Below are positions 44,814-53,755 of a DNA stretch of 64,000 nucleotides, one piece after another; position 1 is the first letter of the stretch, and each line of letters begins with the position of its first letter. The DNA is from Candidatus Kapaibacterium sp. (GTDB taxonomy: Bacteria > Patescibacteriota > Patescibacteriia > UBA9934), in contig JBILHA010000001.1 of NCBI GenBank assembly GCA_044350705.1, forward strand, positions 49,809-113,808, in the 5' to 3' direction. The position numbers were made by a program, and so were the translations under genes. The notes under the pieces are model-generated. The model saw only the letters and a program-made list of their open reading frames with translations. It did no database searches and was not told the DNA's origin.

Positions 44814-47800
44814 ATGGCGAAAAAAAAGAAACTTCAGCGAGAAGGATCAACTTCTCCAGAGCAAGAAATCATTTCTCCTGAGATGAAATTTCTTCAAGAA
44901 GCTTTGGTGCGAGCGCGAGAAGCTGCTGCTTTTGCGATGCGGTCTAAAGATGTTACCGGTGTTAGTTCTTCTATCCGGAAGATGTATGAGTCGAGAAGAG
45001 GGCAGCTTGAACAAGATGCTTTGGAACTTGCCGAATACATGAAATTAGGAAAGACTTTAGATCCTTCTTCTTTCAGGTTTCACTATAATAAGTTCATGTT
45101 ATATGCAGATCGCGTGCTTCACGATCCGAGTTTGCAGCAATTAGGGGAAGATTTTTTTGGAGTGCCCACGTCTGCAGAGGGGGCATCTCAGCAAGAGCAA
45201 GATGTTGATCGTCAGGAGGGGAAGAGGGTTGCTCGGGAAGAGCGCAGTTCTGATGCGCAGAAGATACGAAGAGAGCTTGATCGCGTGCAGGGAGTTGTTG
45301 CTGATATTCACGGGATGGAGAGGCGTGCTCAGGCGTTGCTTGAGCAAGCTTTACAGGGCCCTTTTGCGGGGGATGAAAGTTTTATAGCCCGTTTACGGGA
45401 GCATTTTTCTCAGCTTACGCTCCAGCGAGAGAATGCTGGGCATTTGTACGCGGATGTAGAGGAGCGAGGACGCTCATTGTCGCCTGAAGAACGTGCCTCT
45501 TTTCTTGAAGAAGTGCATGCCCTTTCTTTTGTGGAATTTCAGCAGAAAGCAGGCGAGATCCTGCGAGATCTGCAGCAAGAGATCGCTTTGCAGCGTGGTC
45601 TCTTGCATGATCGTATTGACGTACTTTTTCAATCATTTTCTGAGCAGAAAAAGCAAAAAGCAACGGCGCTCATGAAGCAAGTTAAAGCTGCCGAAAAGCA
45701 GCAAAATGATCAACGTCTTTTTGCGCTTTTTGAAAAACTTCAAGATCTTTCACGTGAAGAAGATGCAAAGGGAGAGGAAGTTCCTGAAAATGCAGACTTG
45801 CTCGTCTCCGCGCCTGTCGAGAAAAGTGCTGCCTCAGGGGGTGTTGAGAACGTGCCTTTGTTTGCCAGTTTGCGTTTTGGGAAGTCGGGAATGGGCATTC
45901 CCGAGACTTTTTTCCAAGATCCTGCGCTCCGTGCTCGTATACGCGCTGCGGAGGAATTTGATGCTCCTGAGCAGGAGCCGGAAGTGAAGCAGCGACGAGA
46001 GCGGAAAGAGATCCCTTCCGAAGACCGTCAGCTCCTTGAGGCGTTTTTGGAAAAAGACTTTGAGGAAACCGTTGAAACATATGGAGAGGCCGAGCTTGTG
46101 GCGGTTGCGCGAGTGCTTGTTCGCGCGCGCAAGAAGAGATTTATTGCTTCCGACGCGCTGCTTACGCGGGCGAGGGAGCGATTTTCTTCGTTGATGGGGG
46201 GATGGGCTCCTGAGGCCGCTCTTGCGGCGTATGATGAATATCAAGCGACGCTGACTCTGCGCGGGGAGGAAGGGCGTGCTTCCTCCGCTGATTCTCCAAG
46301 GGAAGATCGAGTAGGGGCAGAGTCTTCTGACGGGGAGATTGATTCTCTTGTTTTTCAAGAGGATGATGCAGCGATGCGGGTGGATTTTGCTCTTCACGTG
46401 CAAGATGCTGAGATTTCATCTGAGGAAGTAGAGGAGCGAAAGAAGCGTGTTACCAGTATTTTACAGAGTCTTTCTTCGCGTACTTTATGGAAACCAGATC
46501 TTGTTCTTTCTGGTGATGAGCAAGCGCTTGCAGCCATGGATCTTGATGCAGAGCGTCGTAATTATCTTCGCGCACAGCTTTTCTTAAATGGTACTGAGGA
46601 AGGGTTGTTTTTCCAGCGCATTTTGGCCCAGGCTCGAAATGAAGCTGCTGTTCGCGAGCGGATGATTTCTCTTCTTTTGGAAGTGCAGGGTCTTACTCCC
46701 ACGCAGCGGCGTATGGTTTTTGAGCAAGAACTCTTACCCACCCCGGTTGTGGTAGAGGAAGAGCAGGAGGGGTCTTCGCCTGAGGCTCGCGAAGAAGAGG
46801 GCTCTCCGGCTGATCAGACGCCAAAGCCTGAAGAGGCGCAGCAGGATGAAGCTCCTTCTTCAGAGGGGCGCGCATCTGTTTCAGGAGGATCGGGAAATGT
46901 TCCCCCTCCACCTTCTGAGCCAGGACCTGTACCGCCGTTTGAAGAAGGAGAAAGAGGAGAGCGGGGGAAGAGGGAGGAGAAGGAGTCTCTTTTTGCGCGT
47001 ATGCGGAAGTGGACGAAGGAGCGTGCGCGCGAATTTGAGGATACTGATATTTATCGCGTGCATATTAAGGGAGAAAAGACGCTTCGTGAATTGCGAGGAG
47101 ATGCGCCTACGCTTTCTCCGAAGGTTATGCTTGCGGCAGGTATTGGGTCTGCAGCGATGAGTTATTTTGGTGCGGCTTTTCCGGTTGATGCCTTACGGTA
47201 TGCAACACAGCGTCACTTTGTAGGAAAGGAACGTGATGAAATGTCTCGAGCATTCCATGAGGCATTTGCGCGGCGAAGGAGGGAAGGGGAAGTGAGTGAT
47301 CAAGAACGGGTACGCGAGCGTCAGCAGGCGCTTCGATCTCGTGTCGAATCATCTCGTTATCTCACCCATGCCCAGAAACAGGATTTGCTCGATCAACTTT
47401 TTGCTCAAGAAGAGACTCTCGCAGCTCAAGTTTCTCCTCGGCATGAGTATCTCACTAGAGAGGTTGGGCGTATTTTGGAGCATGCTATTCGTACTCGTGT
47501 TTCGGGTGAGAAGGTTGTGAAAGAGGGGCTGAATACGACGTTTATGCTTACTGGCTTCCATATGCTTCGGGCGCCGGCATATGGTGCGGTGTCCATTTAT
47601 GAGCGTTGGAATCGGTTGACGCGTGAGAGGCCTGAATCATCTGCTGGAGAACGTTTGCGGTCTACGTTCGCAGGAGGTTTCCAGGATTGGTGGAGTCGTG
47701 CAAAGGGGGAGAGCGGCCGTATGGCGCAGGCTGCAGCCTTTGGTACTGCGGCACGATTTGTCGGCATGAGCATGGTTGGATACGAGGCTTTGGGGGGTTC

Positions 47801-48416
47801 AGGTATCTCGGAGCTGTTTGCTGCTTGGGAACGGAAAGAATCTCTCTATCCATCGCAGGATTCCGATCTTTCCGGTCGTTCTTTGGAGGAGCTTGCTTCA
47901 GGGCAGCGTGAACAGGTGTCTTTGCCCCAGAAGGAATCGAATTCCGCGGGAGTCTCAATTCCGGAACCTTTGTTTAGCGATGTTTTTTCTGATGACGTGC
48001 GTGCAGAGGGGAGCGCGGGACTCTCTCAGCTTGAAGCTCCCCTTTCCGAGAACGCTTCTTCCGAGATTGTTCTTTCGCCTGACCGTATCCCTTCCGAAGC
48101 TCTTGTGAGCAAGGGGGATGGGATTACCCAAGTTCTTCTTTCGGGTATTGAGGCGCGTCCCGATCTTCTGCGTGCCGCTGATCAATCCGTACTTCAGGAT
48201 GATTATGCCTCCGCTCTCTTTTTGAAGCGTCTTGCTGCCAAGGAAGGATTGTTGGATTATTGGGTGAACGATCAAGCGATCGGAGAATTAGCGATTGTGC
48301 CTACCTATGATGCTGCTGGTGAGCTTCATATTTCTTTCTTAAACCCTGAAAGTGGGAGTGCTTATTCTCTCGAGGAATTGAAAGAAATGGGGTGGCTTAC
48401 CAAGGCCTCTCATTAA
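44814..48416 (+). CDS. large hypothetical protein (1200 aa, charged/low-complexity, ORFan-like)
   Basis: Long uninterrupted ORF rich in E/R/A. Pro/Gly-rich linker with PPPPSEPGPVPP. Two short hydrophobic segments. No recognisable domain. Confidence 0.55.
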   Translation: MAKKKKLQREGSTSPEQEIISPEMKFLQEALVRAREAAAFAMRSKDVTGVSSSIRKMYESRRGQLEQDALELAEYMKLGKTLDPSSFRFHYNKFMLYADRVLHDPSLQQLGEDFFGVPTSAEGASQQEQDVDRQEGKRVAREERSSDAQKIRRELDRVQGVVADIHGMERRAQALLEQALQGPFAGDESFIARLREHFSQLTLQRENAGHLYADVEERGRSLSPEERASFLEEVHALSFVEFQQKAGEILRDLQQEIALQRGLLHDRIDVLFQSFSEQKKQKATALMKQVKAAEKQQNDQRLFALFEKLQDLSREEDAKGEEVPENADLLVSAPVEKSAASGGVENVPLFASLRFGKSGMGIPETFFQDPALRARIRAAEEFDAPEQEPEVKQRRERKEIPSEDRQLLEAFLEKDFEETVETYGEAELVAVARVLVRARKKRFIASDALLTRARERFSSLMGGWAPEAALAAYDEYQATLTLRGEEGRASSADSPREDRVGAESSDGEIDSLVFQEDDAAMRVDFALHVQDAEISSEEVEERKKRVTSILQSLSSRTLWKPDLVLSGDEQALAAMDLDAERRNYLRAQLFLNGTEEGLFFQRILAQARNEAAVRERMISLLLEVQGLTPTQRRMVFEQELLPTPVVVEEEQEGSSPEAREEEGSPADQTPKPEEAQQDEAPSSEGRASVSGGSGNVPPPPSEPGPVPPFEEGERGERGKREEKESLFARMRKWTKERAREFEDTDIYRVHIKGEKTLRELRGDAPTLSPKVMLAAGIGSAAMSYFGAAFPVDALRYATQRHFVGKERDEMSRAFHEAFARRRREGEVSDQERVRERQQALRSRVESSRYLTHAQKQDLLDQLFAQEETLAAQVSPRHEYLTREVGRILEHAIRTRVSGEKVVKEGLNTTFMLTGFHMLRAPAYGAVSIYERWNRLTRERPESSAGERLRSTFAGGFQDWWSRAKGESGRMAQAAAFGTAARFVGMSMVGYEALGGSGISELFAAWERKESLYPSQDSDLSGRSLEELASGQREQVSLPQKESNSAGVSIPEPLFSDVFSDDVRAEGSAGLSQLEAPLSENASSEIVLSPDRIPSEALVSKGDGITQVLLSGIEARPDLLRAADQSVLQDDYASALFLKRLAAKEGLLDYWVNDQAIGELAIVPTYDAAGELHISFLNPESGSAYSLEELKEMGWLTKASH

Positions 48417-48425
48417 GTAACCTGT

Positions 48426-48465
48426 AAAAAAACTTCGTCCCTGTTATCGGGACGAAGTTTTTCTT
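48426..48465. terminator. bidirectional terminator; the topA stop codon sits in the loop
   Basis: aaaaaaacttcgtccc-tgttat-cgggacgaagttttt. Confidence 0.65.
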
Positions 48466-50720
48466 TTTCGAAAGGTTTTTTTAGGTGATCCTGCTTTTTT
48501 TACCAGGAGTTCTATTGCCTGTTCGAGGGTAACGCTTGTCGGTTCTATTTTTTTTGGAATCGTTGCATTTATTTTTCCATCTGTTACATAGGGGCCGAAT
48601 TTCCCGTCTTTTACGAGAATTTCTGCTCCTGTTTCTGGATGCTTGCCAAGATTTGCGAGGGGAGTAAGCATCTTTTGTTTTCGTTCCTTTGCTTCGCTCA
48701 TGATGCGGAGAGCCTCTTCTAGGCTTACTGTACGTGGGTCAACGCCTGGAGGAAGGGATGCATTTACTGTTCCTGCTTTGAGATACGGGCCGAAGCGTCC
48801 ATCGTTTGCGATTATTTCTTCTCCTTCCGCGTTCTTTCCTAGTATCCGTGGAAGTACCAGAGCCTGCAGTGCATCTTCTAAGGTTACGGTATCTACCATT
48901 GCTTCTTTGGGAAGGCTTGCACGACGTGGTTTTTCTTTTCCCTCTTCCTCCTCACCAATTTGTACATACGGGCCGAAGCGCCCTGTTTGTACGTAGACCG
49001 GTAGTCCAGAGGCGGGATCTTCTCCGAGAAGGCGCTTCTTGTTTATTGCTTCCCGCGTCAGTTCTTTGGTTTTTTCTTCGATGGCATTATGAAAGGGACT
49101 GTAGAAGCTTGAGAGTACGTTGTGCCATTCCTGTGTTCCTTCCGCAATTTCATCGAGTTTGTTTTCCATGGATGCGGTAAACTCGTAGTTTACGATGTCA
49201 GGAAAATGATCTTTCAGAAGATCTGAGACGATAAATGCGATATCTACTGGCTGTAAGCGGTTATTATCATCACGCATGATATAGCCGCGATCCGTAATGG
49301 TGGCTATGGTAGGCGCATACGTAGAAGGACGTCCAATTCCGTGCTCTTCAAGTGCCTTTACGAGTGTTGCGTCAGAATACCGGGCAGGAGGCTCGGTAGT
49401 ATGTTTTTCCGAGCGTACTTCAGTGGGGGATCCAATCTCCTCCTTTTCTTTGAGATCGGGGAGGATTTTATCATCAGCAGCTTTCCATACCTTCATGTAC
49501 CCAGGGAATACTACAGTCGCTCCTGTGGCGCGGAAGGTCATGTCTTCGGCGGTGAGATCGATTCCTGTACGGCGAATGCGTGCAGGAGGCAGCTGTGAGG
49601 CAAGGGTACGGCGCCAAATGAGGTCATAGAGCTTTTTCATGCCTGGTTCAGCGTCTGATGCCTTGAATGCTTCTCCCGATAGTGAAATGTCTGTTGGGCG
49701 GATTGCCTCGTGGGCTTCTTGAGCACCTTTTTTATTTGTTTTATAGCGTACTGCTCCTTTGGCAAATTCTGTGCCAAAATTTTGCGCGACGTAGGCTTGG
49801 GTCGCCGTGAGGAATTCTTCGCTGAGGTTGGTGGAGTCGGTACGCATGTAGGTAATGCGCCCGGTTTCGTACAGGCGTTGTGCGAGCGTCATGGTTTGTT
49901 TGGCGCTCATGCCAAGGCGGTTGTACGCTTCTTGTTGAAGTGTAGAGGTGGTGAGAGGTACGGGACTCTTTTTCTGTACCTCCTTCTGTTCTACCGATGA
50001 AACGACGAAAGATGCTTTTCGTGCGGCTTCGGCAATGCGGTTTGAGATTTCTTCATTGTTTAGTTCTGTTTTTTCAAGTGATTTTCCACTCAGGGCAGAC
50101 AGCTTTGCTTCAAAAGGACTGCCATCTTTTTGAAAGGTGGCATCAATGGTCCAATAATCCTGGGAAACGAACGCTTGTCGTTCGCGTTCTCTTTCCACGA
50201 TCATGCGTACTGCGACGGACTGTACACGTCCCGCAGAAAGACCTCTGCGAATTTTTTTCCACAGGAGCGGAGAGAGCTCGTAACCCACCAAACGATCAAG
50301 AATGCGACGTGTTTGTTGTGCGTCGACAAGCTTTGTATCTATCGTGCGTGCTTCTTTGAGTGCTCGATCAATGGCTGATTTGGTGATTTCGTGAAAGGTG
50401 ATTCGTTTTGCTTTTTCTGGTTTCATTTTCAGTACTTCTGCAATGTGCCATGCGATTGCTTCCCCTTCTCGGTCTTCGTCAGTTGCAAGATAGATTTCAT
50501 CGGCTTTTTTTGCGGCGTCCTGGAGCGCTTTTACCTTTGCTTTTTTTTCTGCCGGAACTTCATATGTCGGCTCAAAGCCGTTTTTTACATCTACCCCGAG
50601 TTTTCTCGCAGGAAGATCTCGAATATGCCCAAACGAGGAGAGGACTTCATAGCCTTTCCCAAGGAATTTATTAATGGTTTTTGCTTTGGTTGGTGACTCA
50701 ACAATGAGAAGAATGCTCAT
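48444..50720 (-). CDS. topA: DNA topoisomerase I
   Basis: TOPRIM MSILLIVESPTKAKTI. Catalytic Tyr region. C-terminal GRFGPY repeat domains. Confidence 0.92.
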   Translation of the reverse strand: MSILLIVESPTKAKTINKFLGKGYEVLSSFGHIRDLPARKLGVDVKNGFEPTYEVPAEKKAKVKALQDAAKKADEIYLATDEDREGEAIAWHIAEVLKMKPEKAKRITFHEITKSAIDRALKEARTIDTKLVDAQQTRRILDRLVGYELSPLLWKKIRRGLSAGRVQSVAVRMIVERERERQAFVSQDYWTIDATFQKDGSPFEAKLSALSGKSLEKTELNNEEISNRIAEAARKASFVVSSVEQKEVQKKSPVPLTTSTLQQEAYNRLGMSAKQTMTLAQRLYETGRITYMRTDSTNLSEEFLTATQAYVAQNFGTEFAKGAVRYKTNKKGAQEAHEAIRPTDISLSGEAFKASDAEPGMKKLYDLIWRRTLASQLPPARIRRTGIDLTAEDMTFRATGATVVFPGYMKVWKAADDKILPDLKEKEEIGSPTEVRSEKHTTEPPARYSDATLVKALEEHGIGRPSTYAPTIATITDRGYIMRDDNNRLQPVDIAFIVSDLLKDHFPDIVNYEFTASMENKLDEIAEGTQEWHNVLSSFYSPFHNAIEEKTKELTREAINKKRLLGEDPASGLPVYVQTGRFGPYVQIGEEEEGKEKPRRASLPKEAMVDTVTLEDALQALVLPRILGKNAEGEEIIANDGRFGPYLKAGTVNASLPPGVDPRTVSLEEALRIMSEAKERKQKMLTPLANLGKHPETGAEILVKDGKFGPYVTDGKINATIPKKIEPTSVTLEQAIELLVKKAGSPKKTFRKRKTSSR

Positions 50721-51804
50721 ACGGCACAAGGGTGTAGCGCCCGTTTTTTAACGCAAGATATCCTTCAATTTCCCAGATATTGAGAATTCCTGCAACTTCA
50801 GACGCTTTTTCTTGCGCATATTCTACCAGGGAATCAAAAGATCGTGGTTGCTGGAGAAGATTCCAGAGTTTTTGTTGAAGCGGTGAAAGAGGAGGGGGAG
50901 GTGATGGGGGAGTAGGGGTGGAGGGTGTAGGGGGTGGGGTTTGGGGTATGGGTATCTCGAGAAAATCATGAATAGACGTGCAGAGTCCCGCTCCTTCTTT
51001 TATGAGTGCATGACACCCCTCGCTTACGGGGCTCGTAATGGGCCCGGGTATGGCAAACACCTCTCTATTTTCCTTGAGTGCCTGATATCCCGTAATGAGA
51101 GATCCACTTTTTTTCTTTGCTTCCACGATGAGTGTTCGTTCGGCGATTCCTGCGATGAGTCGATTTCTGATGGGGAAGTGATATTTTTGTGGATGAAAAG
51201 CAGGGGGTCTCTCGCTTATGATTCCCCCGTTCCCTTCGAGGATCCTTTTTGCGATTTCTTGTTCTCGAGAGTTGAGCGCAAGGTGGCCTCCTGCAAGAAC
51301 TACCAGGATGTTGCCTCCTGCAGCGTGTGCACCTCGAATGGCATGTTCATCTATGCCGTAGGCGAGTCCTGAAATTACCCCTCTTTGTTGGAGGGCTACT
51401 GCCTTTCCAAACTTCCACGCCTGTTCTTTGCCGTATGCTGATGCTTCACGAGCTCCTACGATTGCGCACCACGTAATTCCTGGACAAATTTTACCCTTTA
51501 AAAAGAGTACGAGGGGAGGATCGTGAATTTCCTTGAGCAGGGGAGGGTATCTTGTGTCATTTCTTGCAATACAAGTCACGCCGTTTTCCTCGATTTCTTT
51601 TTTGTATGTTTCAGGAGCTTGTATGGTTCTCCAGGAGAGAAAACTTTTCCTCCACTGAATATGTTTTGGGAACCACTCCTCTAATGCTTCGGCAGAAGCG
51701 ATGAAAAGATGAGAGCGATCGTGTACTCGATGTGCGACTTCTCGCGCGATGCTTGGCGACCAGTGCGGAGAAAAAGTAAGTGCAATGTCGTGAATGAGAC
51801 TCAT
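50698..51804 (-). CDS. dprA: DNA processing protein DprA/Smf
   Basis: Rossmann-like DprA core IVGAREASAYG ... GLAYGIDEHAIRGA. Pro-rich linker and C-terminal winged-helix extension. 3' end overlaps topA (smf-topA arrangement). Confidence 0.85.
   Translation of the reverse strand: MSLIHDIALTFSPHWSPSIAREVAHRVHDRSHLFIASAEALEEWFPKHIQWRKSFLSWRTIQAPETYKKEIEENGVTCIARNDTRYPPLLKEIHDPPLVLFLKGKICPGITWCAIVGAREASAYGKEQAWKFGKAVALQQRGVISGLAYGIDEHAIRGAHAAGGNILVVLAGGHLALNSREQEIAKRILEGNGGIISERPPAFHPQKYHFPIRNRLIAGIAERTLIVEAKKKSGSLITGYQALKENREVFAIPGPITSPVSEGCHALIKEGAGLCTSIHDFLEIPIPQTPPPTPSTPTPPSPPPPLSPLQQKLWNLLQQPRSFDSLVEYAQEKASEVAGILNIWEIEGYLALKNGRYTLVPYEHSSHC
50891..50953. repeat. G-rich element, copy 3, antisense to the dprA Pro-rich linker
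   Basis: ggagggggaggtgatgggggagtaggggtggagggtgtagggggtggggtttggggtatggg. Confidence 0.7.
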
Positions 51805-52379
51805 GCTTCACGGGAGTTTTTGAGGGCATGAATGGTCTGTTGAGGCATCTTACCATGAAGCAGGGAAATGCTTGCTTCGTAGGTTTTTTCCAAAATAAGC
51901 GGAATGTTTTTTTCGTCTGCAGGAGGAAGCTTTTGGAGCACCCAATCTTCGAGGGGGATTTGTGGAGGTTGCGTTCCCACGCCGATACGGATTCTTGTGA
52001 ATTGCTGTGTTCCTATGCTGTTGATAATGGACTTCAGGCCATTATGTCCTCCTGCACTTCCTTCTTTGCGTATGCGGATGGTTCCTACGGGAAGCGTGAC
52101 GTCATCTGAGATCACGATTACGTGGTGAGTCTCAATATGAAAGCGGTGGAGAAGGGCGGCGACTGCTTTCCCGGAGAGGTTCATGTAGGTTTGCGGTTTT
52201 GCGAGGATCACCTTCGTTTGGTCGACGTGTGTTTCCGCGACTTCTGCGGATACTTCGGCTTTTTTTTTCCAGGATGCCTGTAATGTGTGTGCTATCTCAT
52301 CCACGGCGAGAAATCCTATGTTGTGACGAGTTTTGAAGTATTTTGGCTCTGGATTACCTAAGCCAACAATAAGAAACAT
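51801..52379 (-). CDS. pth: peptidyl-tRNA hydrolase
   Basis: MFLIVGLGNPEPKYFKTRHNIGF. Confidence 0.9.
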   Translation of the reverse strand: MFLIVGLGNPEPKYFKTRHNIGFLAVDEIAHTLQASWKKKAEVSAEVAETHVDQTKVILAKPQTYMNLSGKAVAALLHRFHIETHHVIVISDDVTLPVGTIRIRKEGSAGGHNGLKSIINSIGTQQFTRIRIGVGTQPPQIPLEDWVLQKLPPADEKNIPLILEKTYEASISLLHGKMPQQTIHALKNSREA

Positions 52380-52381
52380 AA

Positions 52382-53755
52382 TTAATATGTGGTGTGTGAT
52401 TTTCTTCCGGTTTCTACGCGAATGCGAATGGGTGTTCCTGTGAAGTCGTAATAATCTCGAAGAAGGTTTTCTAAGAACCGGAGATAGGAATCTGCGAGAG
52501 CGTCTTTTCTTGAGAGGTTTACAAAAAGGGTAAAGGTAGGTGGATTTACTCGAGATTGGAAGAATTTCACCACGCGCGGGTGCTTTACGCCTTTTCCTCG
52601 ACTTGGTTTGTGACGTGCAATGGCGCGAGAAATAAAGCTTTTTGCTTCATCGTCTGAAAGTTGGGTAAAGCGTGTTGCGAAGACGTGATTTACGAGCTCG
52701 TAAATATCTTTTGCGCGCTGTCCGGTGAGTGCGGAGGTAAAAAGAACGGGCGCATGTTTTAACTGCGGAAGAAAACCGCGTACGATTTTTTCGTATTCAT
52801 TCACGCTTGTGGGAGTTTTTTTCGGTATCAGGTCCCATTTGTTTGCAATGATGATCGTAGAAATGCCTTCTTCTGCAAGAAGTCCTGCAAGGTGACGATC
52901 TTGTGCGGTGATGCCTCGGGTAATATCAAGAACGAAAAGCGCAACATCAGATCTTCCAATGGTGTCGAGCGTTTTGTCTACACCCACTTTTTCAAGATGA
53001 GTTCCTGAGCGCATCATGCTTGCATGCTTTCTTACGCCTGCCGTATCGATGAATTGGTAGATATGTCCTTCGTGTTCTACGGTTACATCGTTTGGTTGGC
53101 GGGTTGTGTGGGGCATGTTTGCAGTAATGAAGCGCTTTTCTCCGAGGAGCGCATTGAGAAGCGTTGATTTTCCTACATTAGGCTCTCCAAATACGGCTAC
53201 GCGCATGGGACTGACGGTGGTGATGGGCGCGGGGGGAATGTGAGCTTTGGTAAGTACTTCCGTTGCTTCTTCGAGAGCGTCTCCTACACCTGTTCCTTGT
53301 TTTGCGCTTACAGGGAGAGGAAGAGCGAGCGGCCATGCTTTCCAATGCGGTTCGTTAATTGATGCTCGTAAAGCCGCGGTATCTGCTTTATTTCCAAGAA
53401 CGATAACGGGCTTTTTGAGGATCTTCAGGCGTTGCGCGATACTGAGGTCATCCGGTGACGGAGGCGTTGTGAGATCCACGACGAAAAAGATCGCATCTGC
53501 TTCTTTGATCGCAATCTCTGCCTGTTCGATAATGTTTTTTTCTATTTCGTTGAGACGGTTTGCATCTAGTCCTCCGGTATCAATGAGGCGTATGACGTGT
53601 CCACGCCAAATACAATCTGCCTCAAAACGATCGCGCGTTGTGCCGGGAATGTCAGAAACGAGTGATTTTTGCTCTTCAATCATGCGATTAAAGAGCGAGG
53701 ATTTTCCTACGTTTGCGCGACCAATGAGCGCGATGCGGGGGATATTAGCGGACAT
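52382..53755 (-). CDS. der: ribosome biogenesis GTPase Der/EngA
   Basis: Two GTPase domains (GRANVGKSSLFN, GEPNVGKSTLLN) + KH-like C-domain. Confidence 0.9.
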   Translation of the reverse strand: MSANIPRIALIGRANVGKSSLFNRMIEEQKSLVSDIPGTTRDRFEADCIWRGHVIRLIDTGGLDANRLNEIEKNIIEQAEIAIKEADAIFFVVDLTTPPSPDDLSIAQRLKILKKPVIVLGNKADTAALRASINEPHWKAWPLALPLPVSAKQGTGVGDALEEATEVLTKAHIPPAPITTVSPMRVAVFGEPNVGKSTLLNALLGEKRFITANMPHTTRQPNDVTVEHEGHIYQFIDTAGVRKHASMMRSGTHLEKVGVDKTLDTIGRSDVALFVLDITRGITAQDRHLAGLLAEEGISTIIIANKWDLIPKKTPTSVNEYEKIVRGFLPQLKHAPVLFTSALTGQRAKDIYELVNHVFATRFTQLSDDEAKSFISRAIARHKPSRGKGVKHPRVVKFFQSRVNPPTFTLFVNLSRKDALADSYLRFLENLLRDYYDFTGTPIRIRVETGRKSHTTY

